The notes beneath the pieces are model-generated. The model was not told the DNA's origin, ran no database searches, and saw nothing but the letters and a program-made list of their open reading frames with translations. A DNA stretch of 64,000 nucleotides from a virus: the IMG/VR virus record IMGVR_UViG_3300009509_000008, positions 1-64,000 of that record; one strand, given 5' to 3'. The position numbers and the translations under genes were made by a program. Position 1 is the stretch's first letter; each line of letters begins with the position of its first letter. Below are positions 1 through 10,874 of the stretch, piece after piece.

Positions 1-1
1 A

Positions 2-928
2 CTTGCGGCGACAGAGGTGTACTCGGCGACCGGAGGGTTCACGAGTGGGATGGAGGGAAAGATCATCTCCATCTATGGGAACGATCAGAACCGTGGAATG
101 TACAACGTTCGGCGGTATATCGACACAAACACTATTCTGATCGACGAAAGATGCCGGTACGCCGCATGGACAGACGAGACGGGCATAAGCGTCAAGGTCC
201 ATAACGGCGGCGTGGGGACTCCACCAGAGAATGGAAACGTCACCTTCGCTGCTCCGTCTGGATCTGGCAAAGAAACCATGTACTGGAACATCTACGCCGG
301 AACTGGAAATATTGTGAACTGGTATATGAGGGCGAGGCCACTTGGTGACACCATCTACACCAGTACGCTCTCTGATGTTGTCGGTTACAGTACACAGGAC
401 TTTCGATTCAACGCTTTCTTTGGAGATACGTCAGCGACTCACTTCTACAGCGTTATCTATGCCTACGACTCAGCTGGGTGGTGGCACGCCACCTGCCTGG
501 GTGAGGTGAGTAGTCGAGCTGTCGGAGATGATCGTGGCGGGTTCATACAGCAGCTCGTGAGCACGACAGACTGGGATGTTGGTATCGAGAGTCCGATGTA
601 CATGCTCAGTGAGCTTAGCGCTCCAATTTCTGCCTACCCAATGTACTACAAGTACGGGCTCGACGCCAATGTTGATAGCATGCGTGAGAGAACCAATCTT
701 GCACAGAGGATCAACTCTGGGAGAGCGAAGACATTCAGGCCGCTGGTGATGACCGAACACTCTCCTGAAGGCGGATACATGAAGGGGCTTCATCCAATGG
801 AGTTCTGCCATAGTGGGTGGCCAGACTTCGAGGAGTTTGCGGGCTCATACTGGAAGCTTGGGAGCAACGTGCTGGTTCCAAAGAACGGTTCCACTGATCC
901 AACACCATTGGCTTCAGTAGCTGCGTAG
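2..928 (+). CDS. Virion tail-associated protein, paralog A1 (5'-truncated by window edge)
   Basis: Frame is open from position 2. Clear paralog of 3101..4246 (FTSGMEGKIISIYG..NRGMY..WTDETGISVKVHNGG vs FTQAMEGQFISLYA..NRGLY..WVDETGISAKIHNAG). Tail role inferred from context. Confidence 0.65.
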   Translation, partial: LAATEVYSATGGFTSGMEGKIISIYGNDQNRGMYNVRRYIDTNTILIDERCRYAAWTDETGISVKVHNGGVGTPPENGNVTFAAPSGSGKETMYWNIYAGTGNIVNWYMRARPLGDTIYTSTLSDVVGYSTQDFRFNAFFGDTSATHFYSVIYAYDSAGWWHATCLGEVSSRAVGDDRGGFIQQLVSTTDWDVGIESPMYMLSELSAPISAYPMYYKYGLDANVDSMRERTNLAQRINSGRAKTFRPLVMTEHSPEGGYMKGLHPMEFCHSGWPDFEEFAGSYWKLGSNVLVPKNGSTDPTPLASVAA

Positions 929-939
929 GAGATCGATCA

Positions 940-2694
940 ATGTTCCACTACATACGAGACTGCTTGGTACTAAGAAGGGGAAGCACGGCCGACAACGGCG
1001 GCTACCTCGAGACGCTCTACGTCATGTACCACTTTCTGCGAACAGCTGGGTTCGTCAACATCTGGGAGATTGATGGAGACGACAACCATGTCTCAGACGG
1101 ACAGATGGAGAGCACATCTCCGTCTGCGTACTGGACAAAGGAGCCAGTCGCAGGTGGAGCCACCGTTGACTACTCCTCGTTGAACGTCCACATGGGGAAG
1201 CAATCCCTCGAAGTCATCTCCAGCGCTATCAATGAGGGCGTTCGATCGATCGATATGCCGAACATTACGGCAAACGTACTCTACCAGGTGCGGTTTCAGG
1301 TATTGAACAACACCGGTAGATCGTGGAACGTTGATGTTCAGACCGGATCAGTTGGCTCGTGGACCAATATAGGATCGATCCCATCGTCTCCTACCATGCA
1401 GGAATTTACCGGCGTATTCACATCTCATGCGTCGGTCGTAACTGATCACGTTCTCCGGGTTATCGACAACAACTACGTGAGCACGCCTGGAACTATCTAT
1501 ATTGATTCGGTAACCGTCTACAAATCCTACTTTGAGTACATCGGTGTTTCGGAGGATCATCTCGCCTCGAACATTGACGGAGAGATCATAGCTCCAGATC
1601 AATTCGAGTCAACGAGCTACTCTTTCGTTTCTGGAGCCGCACCGACGGGCGATGAAGGCAAGTACTTGTGCGTATGGGACCCGACAAACCTCGGAAACTC
1701 GGGCGTGTACGAGATCACTAGCGTGTCGAGTGGAATCGCCACCCTGAACTTACGTGCTGGAGGAACGCCTTCACTGACCAGTAATGGCGCTAACAACCTG
1801 AAGTGGCGATTGATTGATCCAAAGAACTACGCTCCGTATCAGTATGATCCAGGCGTCGATAGGATGCTGTACTGTGGATTCGGCCTCGAGTCACCGCACA
1901 CTGAGAAATGGAGGGTATTCTTCAGGGCAAATTGGAACACTACTGGCGACTGTACGTGGATTGATGTGTGGGCAAGTGGATATGATGCGGATTTCAACGT
2001 AGCGAATGGAGTATTCTACAATTACGAATCGTCTACAACTGACGTGAGACCGTCCTACTCGAAGGGATCTAACGTATCTAGGTACTACATAAAGGGAGCA
2101 AATCCATCAGTTAGGGATAGTAGTGGGATTCGTTTGTTCTTGATGACTGACGATGATAAGAGCTTTCTTAGTATCGCCTTCCGTGACTTTTTTGGGACTT
2201 ATCCAGACTCTATTGGTGGGGGGTTTGTTGGGTTTACGGGGGCAGACTCGTACCACACACTTCGTCAATCTTTCTGTGTGTTTTTCCCAACCAATGCGTC
2301 TGTTGACGGATACAATGATTACGACTTCAGAACCGACGGCTACTCATTCGGCTACATCGGACTCCAACATGGAAGTTTGGGCAAAGGTTGGATGAACAGA
2401 TCTACGATAATGACGTTGGGACTTGGCGGAGTATCGGGGGACGAGCTTGACGTAGGTTCTGTGAACTATCGAGCAAATCCGTTTGACAATAAGCACTGGT
2501 TGAGGAAACCAAAGATTGCACGTGATTACTACGGTTCCGAATCCAATAACCCAACAGAGAAGACTATGAACAATGTTGGGCTGTGGCACGGAACGATAGT
2601 TCAACCGTGGACAACTATCGACAGCAACACCTACCTGCACCTCAATCAGGGGTGGTACTGGGAGTGGTGGGACGGCCACGAGATGCTGACGTGA
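940..2694 (+). CDS. Virion tail-associated protein with carbohydrate-binding-like segment, paralog B1
   Basis: 584 aa with AGGAG SD. Shares YHFLRTAG, LCVxDPTNxGNSGV, LRAGGTP, GFGLESPH..KWR and ANPF blocks with 4243..5931. CBM-like 'IYIDSVTVY' jelly-roll segment. Confidence 0.65.
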   Translation: MFHYIRDCLVLRRGSTADNGGYLETLYVMYHFLRTAGFVNIWEIDGDDNHVSDGQMESTSPSAYWTKEPVAGGATVDYSSLNVHMGKQSLEVISSAINEGVRSIDMPNITANVLYQVRFQVLNNTGRSWNVDVQTGSVGSWTNIGSIPSSPTMQEFTGVFTSHASVVTDHVLRVIDNNYVSTPGTIYIDSVTVYKSYFEYIGVSEDHLASNIDGEIIAPDQFESTSYSFVSGAAPTGDEGKYLCVWDPTNLGNSGVYEITSVSSGIATLNLRAGGTPSLTSNGANNLKWRLIDPKNYAPYQYDPGVDRMLYCGFGLESPHTEKWRVFFRANWNTTGDCTWIDVWASGYDADFNVANGVFYNYESSTTDVRPSYSKGSNVSRYYIKGANPSVRDSSGIRLFLMTDDDKSFLSIAFRDFFGTYPDSIGGGFVGFTGADSYHTLRQSFCVFFPTNASVDGYNDYDFRTDGYSFGYIGLQHGSLGKGWMNRSTIMTLGLGGVSGDELDVGSVNYRANPFDNKHWLRKPKIARDYYGSESNNPTEKTMNNVGLWHGTIVQPWTTIDSNTYLHLNQGWYWEWWDGHEMLT

Positions 2695-2702
2695 GGTAGG
2701 CT

Positions 2703-3101
2703 ATGGCTGTGACAGAGATAGCAGAGGGGGTATCGTTCGATCTGCTGTCGGCAGACGCTAGGGCGGAGAACGTCCTGATCGAGGAGACGAACCTCACTGA
2801 TCTCGGATTTGATACACGTGTAGCGTTAGAGCTTCCCGAGGACTACACGTATACGCTAATTCCCGCAGACAGTAGAACGGTAAAGCGTCAGACCGAGACT
2901 GCTAGATATGTGATCACATCGATATCCCAGGCCTCTCAGCAGTTCATAGTGAACAAGGTGTGGGATACAGTTGCCGGAACGTGGATACGATGGGCGACCG
3001 AGACGATCGATCTGGGAGGCGGCGAATACCCAGGCCCAGGAATCTTCGGAGCTGATACGTCCGATTACAGAATCGAGACGGTGAAATATACGAGGTCGTA
3101 A
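2703..3101 (+). CDS. Small virion protein, paralog C1
   Basis: GAGG SD. C-terminal NKVW..W.RW..EYPGPG.FG..DYR.E is shared with 5940..6221. Confidence 0.6.
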   Translation: MAVTEIAEGVSFDLLSADARAENVLIEETNLTDLGFDTRVALELPEDYTYTLIPADSRTVKRQTETARYVITSISQASQQFIVNKVWDTVAGTWIRWATETIDLGGGEYPGPGIFGADTSDYRIETVKYTRS

Positions 3102-4246
3102 TGGCGGACATCACCTTGGCGAGAAACGTAGCCGTCGACACAGAGAGCTCAACGCACTCTGGACACATCTCCCTTTTCTTGCTGCGAGAGCTCTACCTAC
3201 TCGGATACTGGCAGGAGATGGAGAAGGACTCCGATACAGGATGGACGTCGGTCAGCAACGTACTCGCAGAGCCGTCGGACCTGATCGTGGCGGCCTCGGC
3301 GGCCTTGGAGATCACTTCGGCCTCGACGCCATTCACCCAGGCAATGGAGGGTCAGTTCATCTCTCTCTACGCCTCCAACAACGTCAACCGTGGACTCTAC
3401 AAGATCAGGAAGGTGCTCTCGACGAGCAAGATCACTATCGAGCCAATGTGCCGACCGGATGCGTGGGTGGATGAGACTGGAATCTCTGCAAAGATCCACA
3501 ACGCTGGAAAGTCTGACTATCTGGCCGACTCGTCATACTTCGTAGTGAGAGCTCCATCGGCTACTGGTCGACCGCTCGAGGTAAAAGTCAACTGCACGGC
3601 CAGCACCATTGCGCTCACGGGATACCCTCTTGGTGACTACTTCACGCCCCCTGGGGTTCCCTCAACTCCAGGGAATCGAACAGCAACCGCACAGCAGAGT
3701 GGCACAATTGCGACGAGTGTCGGGTCCTCGTACTTCAACGCCTACATCACTGATCCAGCTGGGGCTGGTCTACTATTTCATGCTCAGATCGGCTCTCCAA
3801 ATAGGTGGATCAGAGTAGCGTCTGGTGAGCTCGAGGACGTCGCTACCGGGGACAGCTACCCCGGATTCATCAACATGTCGGACTCCTCGGAGTATCCTGA
3901 CTCTGGTACAGGTAGTGATCTTGCGATGCTCGATGATACAGAGACTCCGATCACTGCGCACCCAACGTACTGGGCTACCGGCAGTAACTCGTCGGCTGAA
4001 GCCGACAGCCCTCACCGGCAGGAGTACTCTACGAGGATGAAAGGAAAGGCTCCGTTTTGGAAACCGAATGTCGTCATGGAGAATTCGATAGCTGGGGGAT
4101 ATGTTAGGGGAACTCTCCCGTACTATGCGTGCAATCCGAATAACCCAACACGCTTCCCGATCGATCCTGGGTACATCCATCTCCGGTATGGGGTAGTCAT
4201 TCCTCGCAGCAGCTCCCAGGATAAGACTATTCGAGGCTTGGGATGA
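3101..4246 (+). CDS. Virion tail-associated protein, paralog A2
   Basis: 381 aa, start overlaps the previous stop (TAATG); paralog of 2..928. Confidence 0.65.
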   Translation: MADITLARNVAVDTESSTHSGHISLFLLRELYLLGYWQEMEKDSDTGWTSVSNVLAEPSDLIVAASAALEITSASTPFTQAMEGQFISLYASNNVNRGLYKIRKVLSTSKITIEPMCRPDAWVDETGISAKIHNAGKSDYLADSSYFVVRAPSATGRPLEVKVNCTASTIALTGYPLGDYFTPPGVPSTPGNRTATAQQSGTIATSVGSSYFNAYITDPAGAGLLFHAQIGSPNRWIRVASGELEDVATGDSYPGFINMSDSSEYPDSGTGSDLAMLDDTETPITAHPTYWATGSNSSAEADSPHRQEYSTRMKGKAPFWKPNVVMENSIAGGYVRGTLPYYACNPNNPTRFPIDPGYIHLRYGVVIPRSSSQDKTIRGLG

Positions 4247-5931
4247 GACACTGGATCAGAGATACTGTCGTGAACCAATCAGCATCTGCTGGATCGTATG
4301 ATGCTGCCTTCTTCACATCCATGTGGGTGATCTACCACTTCCTTCGGACAGCTGGGTGGAGGTGGATTTGGGAAGATGACCACTTCTACTACCAGGCGGT
4401 TGCAGGACGCTACGACTCTCATCACTGCCCTGACTCAAACATGGAAGCTGTCGGCACAACGAACTGGACCCCTGATGTCGGGATCACTGTCGAAAAAGAC
4501 TCCACATACAGGCATATGCTCACGCAGAGCCTGAAGATCATAAACGCTCAGAATGGAGTCTCGGGAAGCGTAGACTCAGATACGTTCGTCAATATGCTAT
4601 CTCCGCCGCTTACGATGCACTGTGTTCTGAGATATCGCAATCCCACGTCGAACACGTACTCTGTGTCTTTTGGCGGCGAGGCCCCCGTGAGCCTTCCGCC
4701 GACGGCGGGTGCGTGGGAAGAGATCCACGTACAGTTCACGTCTACCGGCACTGATCAGTTATCGATCAACTGCCCAGATGTCAGCGGAGTTAGTGAGAGT
4801 ATCTGGATCGATTCGATCAATGTATTCTACTCCTGGTATGAGTACAGCTACGAGGACGAAGATCTCTCTGCTACTCCTGATGGACAGATCCTGAACGGCA
4901 ACGAGTTTCACTCTGATTCGCACAGCTTCGTCTCTGGCGATATCGGCCGGCTGTTGTGCGTCTACGATCCGACTAACGAAGGCAACTCAGGGGTGTGGAC
5001 CATAACGGGCCTAAATGGGAACGACGCCGTGCTCGACCTACGTGCCGGAGGAACCCCAGCGTTGACAGCGCAGACGGGCCTGCGGTGGAGACTCATAGAC
5101 GTCGACAAGTCCCCCTACTACAGCGGCTCGTCTTCCATCTTGGCCGGCTTTGGGCTTGAGTCTCCGCACAGCACAAAGTGGCGCTTCTTCACGAAACCTA
5201 ACTGGGTTGGTGGTCCGGCAAACTGCATTCAGCTCTGGCATTCTCCGAAAGATGTAGACTTTGACGTGCACACTGGCTTCTTTTCCCTATCTGGACCATC
5301 TACGTACGACGTCTACCCCGACACCTACGAGACCCAAGGATTTCATGGGTACATGCTCGGAGGAGACACGGGCTATCGAGCCGGAACACAGGAACGTTTG
5401 TTCGTTGTCACTGATGACGATGGAACGTACCTTCAGATATGTATCAGATCAGTTGCCACCAACTTGCTGGCGTATGGAATCTTTGGAGTGACCGGATCTG
5501 ATGTGAACATCGCCGAAGACGAGTCATTTGTGGTTCTATGTGTGATTGGCTCGAGAGATGGATATCACGATCTTCAATTTGAGCACGGAAGCGGCGATGC
5601 TTTTCATTATGTTGGGTCCATGGCGACGCCGAGGGAGTACATGGTTCCGGCGGCGATGAAACTGTTCGGGTACGACTCGTCCTCGAATGAGAAGCAATGG
5701 ACAACGAACGGAAAGGCAAACCCATTCTCTGGGGAGGAGTGGACCGTTGTTCCGACCATCTTCAGAGACGAGGCAAACAGTGAGGGCCTCTTTGCGCAGA
5801 AAAGCATAACCACATTCGGTGTTCGTCACTGCCGGGTAAACTACCCAGAGTGGACGCTCGTCGACACCAATCTCATGCACATGCGACAGGGATGGTGCAT
5901 GCCGTGGCCTGACGGCGTGACGCCGCTGTAG
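4243..5931 (+). CDS. Virion tail-associated protein, paralog B2
   Basis: 562 aa, ATGA overlap; paralog of 940..2694. Confidence 0.65.
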   Translation: MRHWIRDTVVNQSASAGSYDAAFFTSMWVIYHFLRTAGWRWIWEDDHFYYQAVAGRYDSHHCPDSNMEAVGTTNWTPDVGITVEKDSTYRHMLTQSLKIINAQNGVSGSVDSDTFVNMLSPPLTMHCVLRYRNPTSNTYSVSFGGEAPVSLPPTAGAWEEIHVQFTSTGTDQLSINCPDVSGVSESIWIDSINVFYSWYEYSYEDEDLSATPDGQILNGNEFHSDSHSFVSGDIGRLLCVYDPTNEGNSGVWTITGLNGNDAVLDLRAGGTPALTAQTGLRWRLIDVDKSPYYSGSSSILAGFGLESPHSTKWRFFTKPNWVGGPANCIQLWHSPKDVDFDVHTGFFSLSGPSTYDVYPDTYETQGFHGYMLGGDTGYRAGTQERLFVVTDDDGTYLQICIRSVATNLLAYGIFGVTGSDVNIAEDESFVVLCVIGSRDGYHDLQFEHGSGDAFHYVGSMATPREYMVPAAMKLFGYDSSSNEKQWTTNGKANPFSGEEWTVVPTIFRDEANSEGLFAQKSITTFGVRHCRVNYPEWTLVDTNLMHMRQGWCMPWPDGVTPL

Positions 5932-5939
5932 GGGGTGCG

Positions 5940-6221
5940 ATGGCAGTTAGCGAATTCAGCAGCTCTCTGGAGCTCGGCACGCCGCCGACAATCACGGCTT
6001 ACGACGTCGAATCTCCGTTCTTGCCTGGAGAGATATTCCCTCCTGGCGGATCGCATGATCCATATGTGATGAACAAAGCGTGGCACGTTCCAACAGAGCA
6101 GTGGGCTCGGTGGTTCACGATCGAACCAGATCCAAATGGGTACGAATACCAGGGACCTGGATCATTTGGAGAATGCACAGACTATCGACTTGAAGTCGTT
6201 ACCTATCAACCTGTAGAGTAG
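5940..6221 (+). CDS. Small virion protein, paralog C2
   Basis: 93 aa; paralog of 2703..3101. Confidence 0.6.
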   Translation: MAVSEFSSSLELGTPPTITAYDVESPFLPGEIFPPGGSHDPYVMNKAWHVPTEQWARWFTIEPDPNGYEYQGPGSFGECTDYRLEVVTYQPVE

Positions 6222-6225
6222 GATC

Positions 6226-9200
6226 ATGAGCGTTTACGGACAATTCTACTACGGAACCGCACTCTACGGGCTGGCGGGTCTCCCAGTGTCACCGGACTTC
6301 CACGTCTTTGACTTCTGTTACCCCACCGATGCTGTGATGACTCACCTCTTCGCCTACCCGCAAGTATCGGCGTTTCGTGGTCTTGGTTCTCCTCACATCT
6401 ACTACAATCTCGACAACGACCTGTGCATGATGTGCGATGACCTGACGAACTCAGGCTTCCGCATGGATCTTCCAATCACGAACAACTTCACGCTGCAGTT
6501 CACCATCAAGTCGTCAGCGCTCCCAGAGGACTTCTCTTCTCCGACCTCGAATCGATTCTTCGTGGCGGCCTACAACCAATACACGAAGATGATAGGCGTG
6601 CTGCTCTCAGAGAATGGAGGAATTGCTCTGTCTCGAGACGGGGTGACCATCGACGACGTTCTTCCCGACTCGGCTGATCTCTTTGGTGACGGGAGCACCT
6701 ACTACACGTTTAGGTTGGCCGTCGATGCGGACGCCAACCGAGGTCACATCTACGTGACAGAGCGTGACCTCGTTCCAAGCATAGGCCACCAGCTTCAATA
6801 CTCGTTCCCTCTCCAAGACACTCCAGCTGGGTACACCGACTACATCCTCGTGGATGTCCTTGGCACATCGGTCGACCCTACGGCCGTCTGCATGGACTGC
6901 ATCAGGCTTCACAATGCGGTGGTGATGAACCACAGGCCGATCGCTGTTCCAGGTGACGACCAGACACGCTCTGAGGGACAGTATGCGGCGTTCGATGGGT
7001 CGGGAAGCTACGACCCCGATCCTGGTGATGTCATCCACCACTACTGGTGGACGATCACGGAGGCCCCAACTGGGGCTGAGATCGTAGTAGAGGGCTCCAA
7101 CGATACGGCAGCGGACGCCTCGGGGTACACGAATAAGCTCACTGGATCAGCTGGTGACTTCTCAGATATAACGCAGGGCGACTTGTTGATGATCGGAGAT
7201 TACAAGTCGCCCGTGATGTACGTATCCCCCGACGGAAGTTGGGTAGTGGCGATCGACCACGTGTTCCCTGCCGGAACGACGGATACTGAGTGGCTCTGTA
7301 TCAAGCAAGAGGTCTGGGATGGGGACTGGACTCCGAGTTCGATGCACGTAGTCCAGAGCTCGGAGACTGACCCGAGCACGCTCACTCCAACTGCAGGAGA
7401 CTCCTTCCTTGTTCTGCCGGGAGCGGTGGGTCTCTGGCTCAACAAGCAGCACACGATCGCAACATGGACCGGAAGTGGGTGGTCCTTCACAGACCCAGAG
7501 GACGAGGACGTTCTGTATGACATCGCCGCAAACGTCTCGTATCGATACCTCTACCTACCTCCAGCTCCTCCTCCACACAACGGCGTATGGTATGCCGCAG
7601 AGCCTAAGCCGTGGGAGTTGGGGCACTGGTCAGGCAGGACCTCGAGCCTAGGCCGGATGTACGCTGCTGATAGGGGGCTCTACATCATCGAGCTCGTTGT
7701 CAACGACGGCGAGCTCGACAGCATCCCAGTAGAGGTCCTCCTCAATGTGTTTGTCACGGACGTGGCTCTTGGCCTCACGCCAGACCTCTCGTTCGTCTGG
7801 GATTACATCTCGGACTTCTGGGACATAGTCGAGGACAAGGAAAAGATAGAGAGCTTCTGGAGTGGATTCACGCAGCTTCTCTCTGGGGAGCTCCTTGCTC
7901 TGTGGCAGCACGACTACTCGAAGGACATCCTCAGCATCCAGAGGACCTTCCAACGTCAGTGGCTCAACTTCGATCCTCTGTACGACGAGCCCAACTACGA
8001 CGAGCTCCCGGCCGCCATCAACAACAGCGTCGACACATCAGGGTACAGCAGCACGCCGAATGTGCAGGTTCCTGATCCGACAGATCCCGTAACGTTGATC
8101 GACTCGACAACGGCCTACGATCTCGGTGCGCTGGTGAGCGGCATAACAGACGCAAACTCTCTAGTGTTGGGTGGCGTCTGCTATCAGATCCTTCGTGTGG
8201 AGGACGGCACAACGACGGTCGTCATCACGAAGGAGGAGATAACGACAGGTGCCGATCGACCAAAGGCCTGGATGATTCGACCAACTGTGAAATCACGATT
8301 CAGTGACTTCACAAAGCTCGGAGTAGTCGCCGGAGACAAGGCGATATTCGAGATCATCGACTCTGACGGAGACGCCTCCGAGCTGTCTGGCTACGTCTGG
8401 GGAGCTCGTGAGGGCGTGCTGGCATTCGACGACGAATCGATAGCAGCGTCGATCGCTGATCCTGATGTCACTGTCCGGTTCAAATCGATCTTTCGGCGTA
8501 CCAACATCCTCGTCGACGACTTAGTCGTTAGCATACCGAGACTGCAAGAGGTCATAGCGCTGGACCGAGTCGAGGGCGCCCCCGACCCTCTGCACGAGGC
8601 TAAGGACTTCCAGATACTCACGACGACAACTCTGCTGAATCAGGACGTCACGTGGATCGAGTTCCTCGAGGCGTGGTTTGAGCGCAAAGACTTCGGGTTC
8701 GACGGAGAGTATTCTGCGTCAAACCGGTTCAGCTCGGCGAGCGCAGACTTCACGAGCTCCTTGGGTGCGGTCGATACAGACCTGACGGGCTTCATTCTTG
8801 TGACTCCCGATGGACGGTTTCGTTTGAAGAAGGTCATCAGCTCCACCGAGCTCGAGCTCTACGATGCGTCCCTAGAGTCGGGACTAACGGATAAGGATTG
8901 GCAGATTCGAGAGATGATTGATCCGCCTGATAGCCTGTGGGCAGAGATCACCTTCCTCGACAATCGCCCGACGATCGAGGACAACTTCGGCCGTCTGATT
9001 GGATTCACCCTAGACGATCTCGAGGAGCGCACCGACAACCTCGACTACCTGTCGGCTGTCCAGGGACTGTGGTACGCAACGTGGTTCGGTCGAACTCTCG
9101 AGAACATCCGCATCGGCGCTCAGATCCTACTTGGCCTTCCATTCGCTGAGGTGGACGGAACAATCACGGATATCAAGTCCCCGTACGACTCCGTGAGAGA

Positions 9201-10869
9201 CCGAGTAATTCTCCAGGATGTCTCCGACGGCGCAACCGTCAGGGCGTACTACTACCCAACCGAGGTTGGGATCGCCGACAACCGGGACACTGGTGTCCCG
9301 CTACAGGTCGGTGACGTGGTCGATCAGTTCGACCCGCTGTCAAAGGGCGTTCAGGTAGATGACTGGGAGAGTATCCCAAACTGGGCAAATCCGTACATCG
9401 GATCGGGCGACATGCACGAGGTCCAGAAGATCCACACCTTCTTGGTAAAGGTAAGCTCCGACGTCTTCGACCTCACGAACCTGACGTTCCTAATAAGCTT
9501 CCTCCTGAGAATCAAGCCCCGCTATGTCTACCCGATATTCGCTGTTGTGAAGCAGCTCATCGACAACGTCGACGTCGGTGACTCCACGGTCTTTGGACCA
9601 GCTATACCGGTGAGTGGATCATATCCGAGTACCTGGCCGACCTTTGAGCCAACGCTTGGATGGAGCGAGCCTGGCCCGAACGAGGAGAACGCTGTAGCGG
9701 CTATCAATCGTGTTGCCCCTCCTATCTTTGATATCACGACAAGGTGGCCAAATGATCGATTCGTCACTCCTCGGATGTGGGAACCGGACAACCCGTTCGG
9801 AAACCTACACCTACAAGATAGTCCAGGAAGGACGCCAGATGGGTGGGTAGGGGACTGGAATGGACTGCCCGATCACCACGACGCAACAAGGGATGAGGGG
9901 CCACGGCGATACGACGCCACTGATGAGAGCGGACACTACATCCACAAGTACGATCCGCAGCTAACATGGAAGCAGCTCAGCGGTACGAACGGAGGATTTA
10001 TAAGGTTTGTTGGTGGTGAGGGCGGCTTCACTTATCTGGGCCACTTCTTTGCTGAGACGGGAGCCGGGTTTACCCCAGACGTTGTCGGCGAGTACATCAC
10101 AATATCGGGAGGCCCCGATCCAACTGACAACGGCACCTTCTTGATCACTAACTACTACAACCCCGACAACATAATGTACTGGAATCCGGCGGGGGTAACG
10201 CCGAGCGTAGTAAGCGGCATCACGTGGGAAATCTCTGGTGGGGTGCAGACTTACATCGACGACTACCTGGCTGCTCGTGACGGGCACATGGAAGATGCAC
10301 TCACGACATACTGGCCCCAGATTGGGTCTCCGAGCACGTTTGTGAAGGTTGGTTCCCCAGTCAAAACGGGGACCAAAAGCCTCCACGTAGTGTGTGCGGC
10401 GGATGAAGGAGCGTACAACGAGTTCGGAGCGAGCGCATCAGATGACACCCCTACGATCCACACAGTGCCCGCTGACCCGGCGTCTCCGGATGGTGGAGCT
10501 CCTGGGTTTCAAGTTGCGGTGACGGGATGGATTCGCATAGTAAGTGGTCTCGTTACGATGCGGCTACGTGATCAAGACGGAACGACCTACATTGCTGAGG
10601 TGAGAAGGAACCAACCAAACCACACGTGGCTGCGTTTTGTTCTACATCACTGGCACTTCCACGGCTCGAGCTCGCCACTGCGGTTCGAGGTCGTCGCCGG
10701 CGCCGGCGGAGCGGAGTTCTACCTTGATGGGGTGGAGGCGTTCATAAAGGCTGTGCCTTGGTCGCAGGTTGGGTATGACAGATCAATCGGCGGAAGAACT
10801 GGTGGGTACACGGTGGGCGGTGATCCTGACGAGTTCTTCCAGGTGCGGATGCACATCTTAGTTCCATGA
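6226..10869 (+). CDS. Large baseplate wedge/tail protein with PKD-like and DUF2793-like domains
   Basis: 1547 aa. PKD-like NHRPIAVPGDDQ..FDGSGSYDPD..YWW and GLYIIELVVNDG; DUF2793-like P.AGDSFLV..GAVGLW....IATWTGSGWSF.DP; wedge-like 'YLSAVQGLWY..G.TLENIR' and 'LLRIKP'. Confidence 0.6.
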   Translation: MSVYGQFYYGTALYGLAGLPVSPDFHVFDFCYPTDAVMTHLFAYPQVSAFRGLGSPHIYYNLDNDLCMMCDDLTNSGFRMDLPITNNFTLQFTIKSSALPEDFSSPTSNRFFVAAYNQYTKMIGVLLSENGGIALSRDGVTIDDVLPDSADLFGDGSTYYTFRLAVDADANRGHIYVTERDLVPSIGHQLQYSFPLQDTPAGYTDYILVDVLGTSVDPTAVCMDCIRLHNAVVMNHRPIAVPGDDQTRSEGQYAAFDGSGSYDPDPGDVIHHYWWTITEAPTGAEIVVEGSNDTAADASGYTNKLTGSAGDFSDITQGDLLMIGDYKSPVMYVSPDGSWVVAIDHVFPAGTTDTEWLCIKQEVWDGDWTPSSMHVVQSSETDPSTLTPTAGDSFLVLPGAVGLWLNKQHTIATWTGSGWSFTDPEDEDVLYDIAANVSYRYLYLPPAPPPHNGVWYAAEPKPWELGHWSGRTSSLGRMYAADRGLYIIELVVNDGELDSIPVEVLLNVFVTDVALGLTPDLSFVWDYISDFWDIVEDKEKIESFWSGFTQLLSGELLALWQHDYSKDILSIQRTFQRQWLNFDPLYDEPNYDELPAAINNSVDTSGYSSTPNVQVPDPTDPVTLIDSTTAYDLGALVSGITDANSLVLGGVCYQILRVEDGTTTVVITKEEITTGADRPKAWMIRPTVKSRFSDFTKLGVVAGDKAIFEIIDSDGDASELSGYVWGAREGVLAFDDESIAASIADPDVTVRFKSIFRRTNILVDDLVVSIPRLQEVIALDRVEGAPDPLHEAKDFQILTTTTLLNQDVTWIEFLEAWFERKDFGFDGEYSASNRFSSASADFTSSLGAVDTDLTGFILVTPDGRFRLKKVISSTELELYDASLESGLTDKDWQIREMIDPPDSLWAEITFLDNRPTIEDNFGRLIGFTLDDLEERTDNLDYLSAVQGLWYATWFGRTLENIRIGAQILLGLPFAEVDGTITDIKSPYDSVRDRVILQDVSDGATVRAYYYPTEVGIADNRDTGVPLQVGDVVDQFDPLSKGVQVDDWESIPNWANPYIGSGDMHEVQKIHTFLVKVSSDVFDLTNLTFLISFLLRIKPRYVYPIFAVVKQLIDNVDVGDSTVFGPAIPVSGSYPSTWPTFEPTLGWSEPGPNEENAVAAINRVAPPIFDITTRWPNDRFVTPRMWEPDNPFGNLHLQDSPGRTPDGWVGDWNGLPDHHDATRDEGPRRYDATDESGHYIHKYDPQLTWKQLSGTNGGFIRFVGGEGGFTYLGHFFAETGAGFTPDVVGEYITISGGPDPTDNGTFLITNYYNPDNIMYWNPAGVTPSVVSGITWEISGGVQTYIDDYLAARDGHMEDALTTYWPQIGSPSTFVKVGSPVKTGTKSLHVVCAADEGAYNEFGASASDDTPTIHTVPADPASPDGGAPGFQVAVTGWIRIVSGLVTMRLRDQDGTTYIAEVRRNQPNHTWLRFVLHHWHFHGSSSPLRFEVVAGAGGAEFYLDGVEAFIKAVPWSQVGYDRSIGGRTGGYTVGGDPDEFFQVRMHILVP

Positions 10870-10874
10870 GGTGA

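Noticed and set aside
2-6221. Diversity-generating retroelement acting on the duplicated tail genes
   Set aside because: No reverse transcriptase in the window, and the copies are diverged at protein level rather than near-identical TR/VR pairs.
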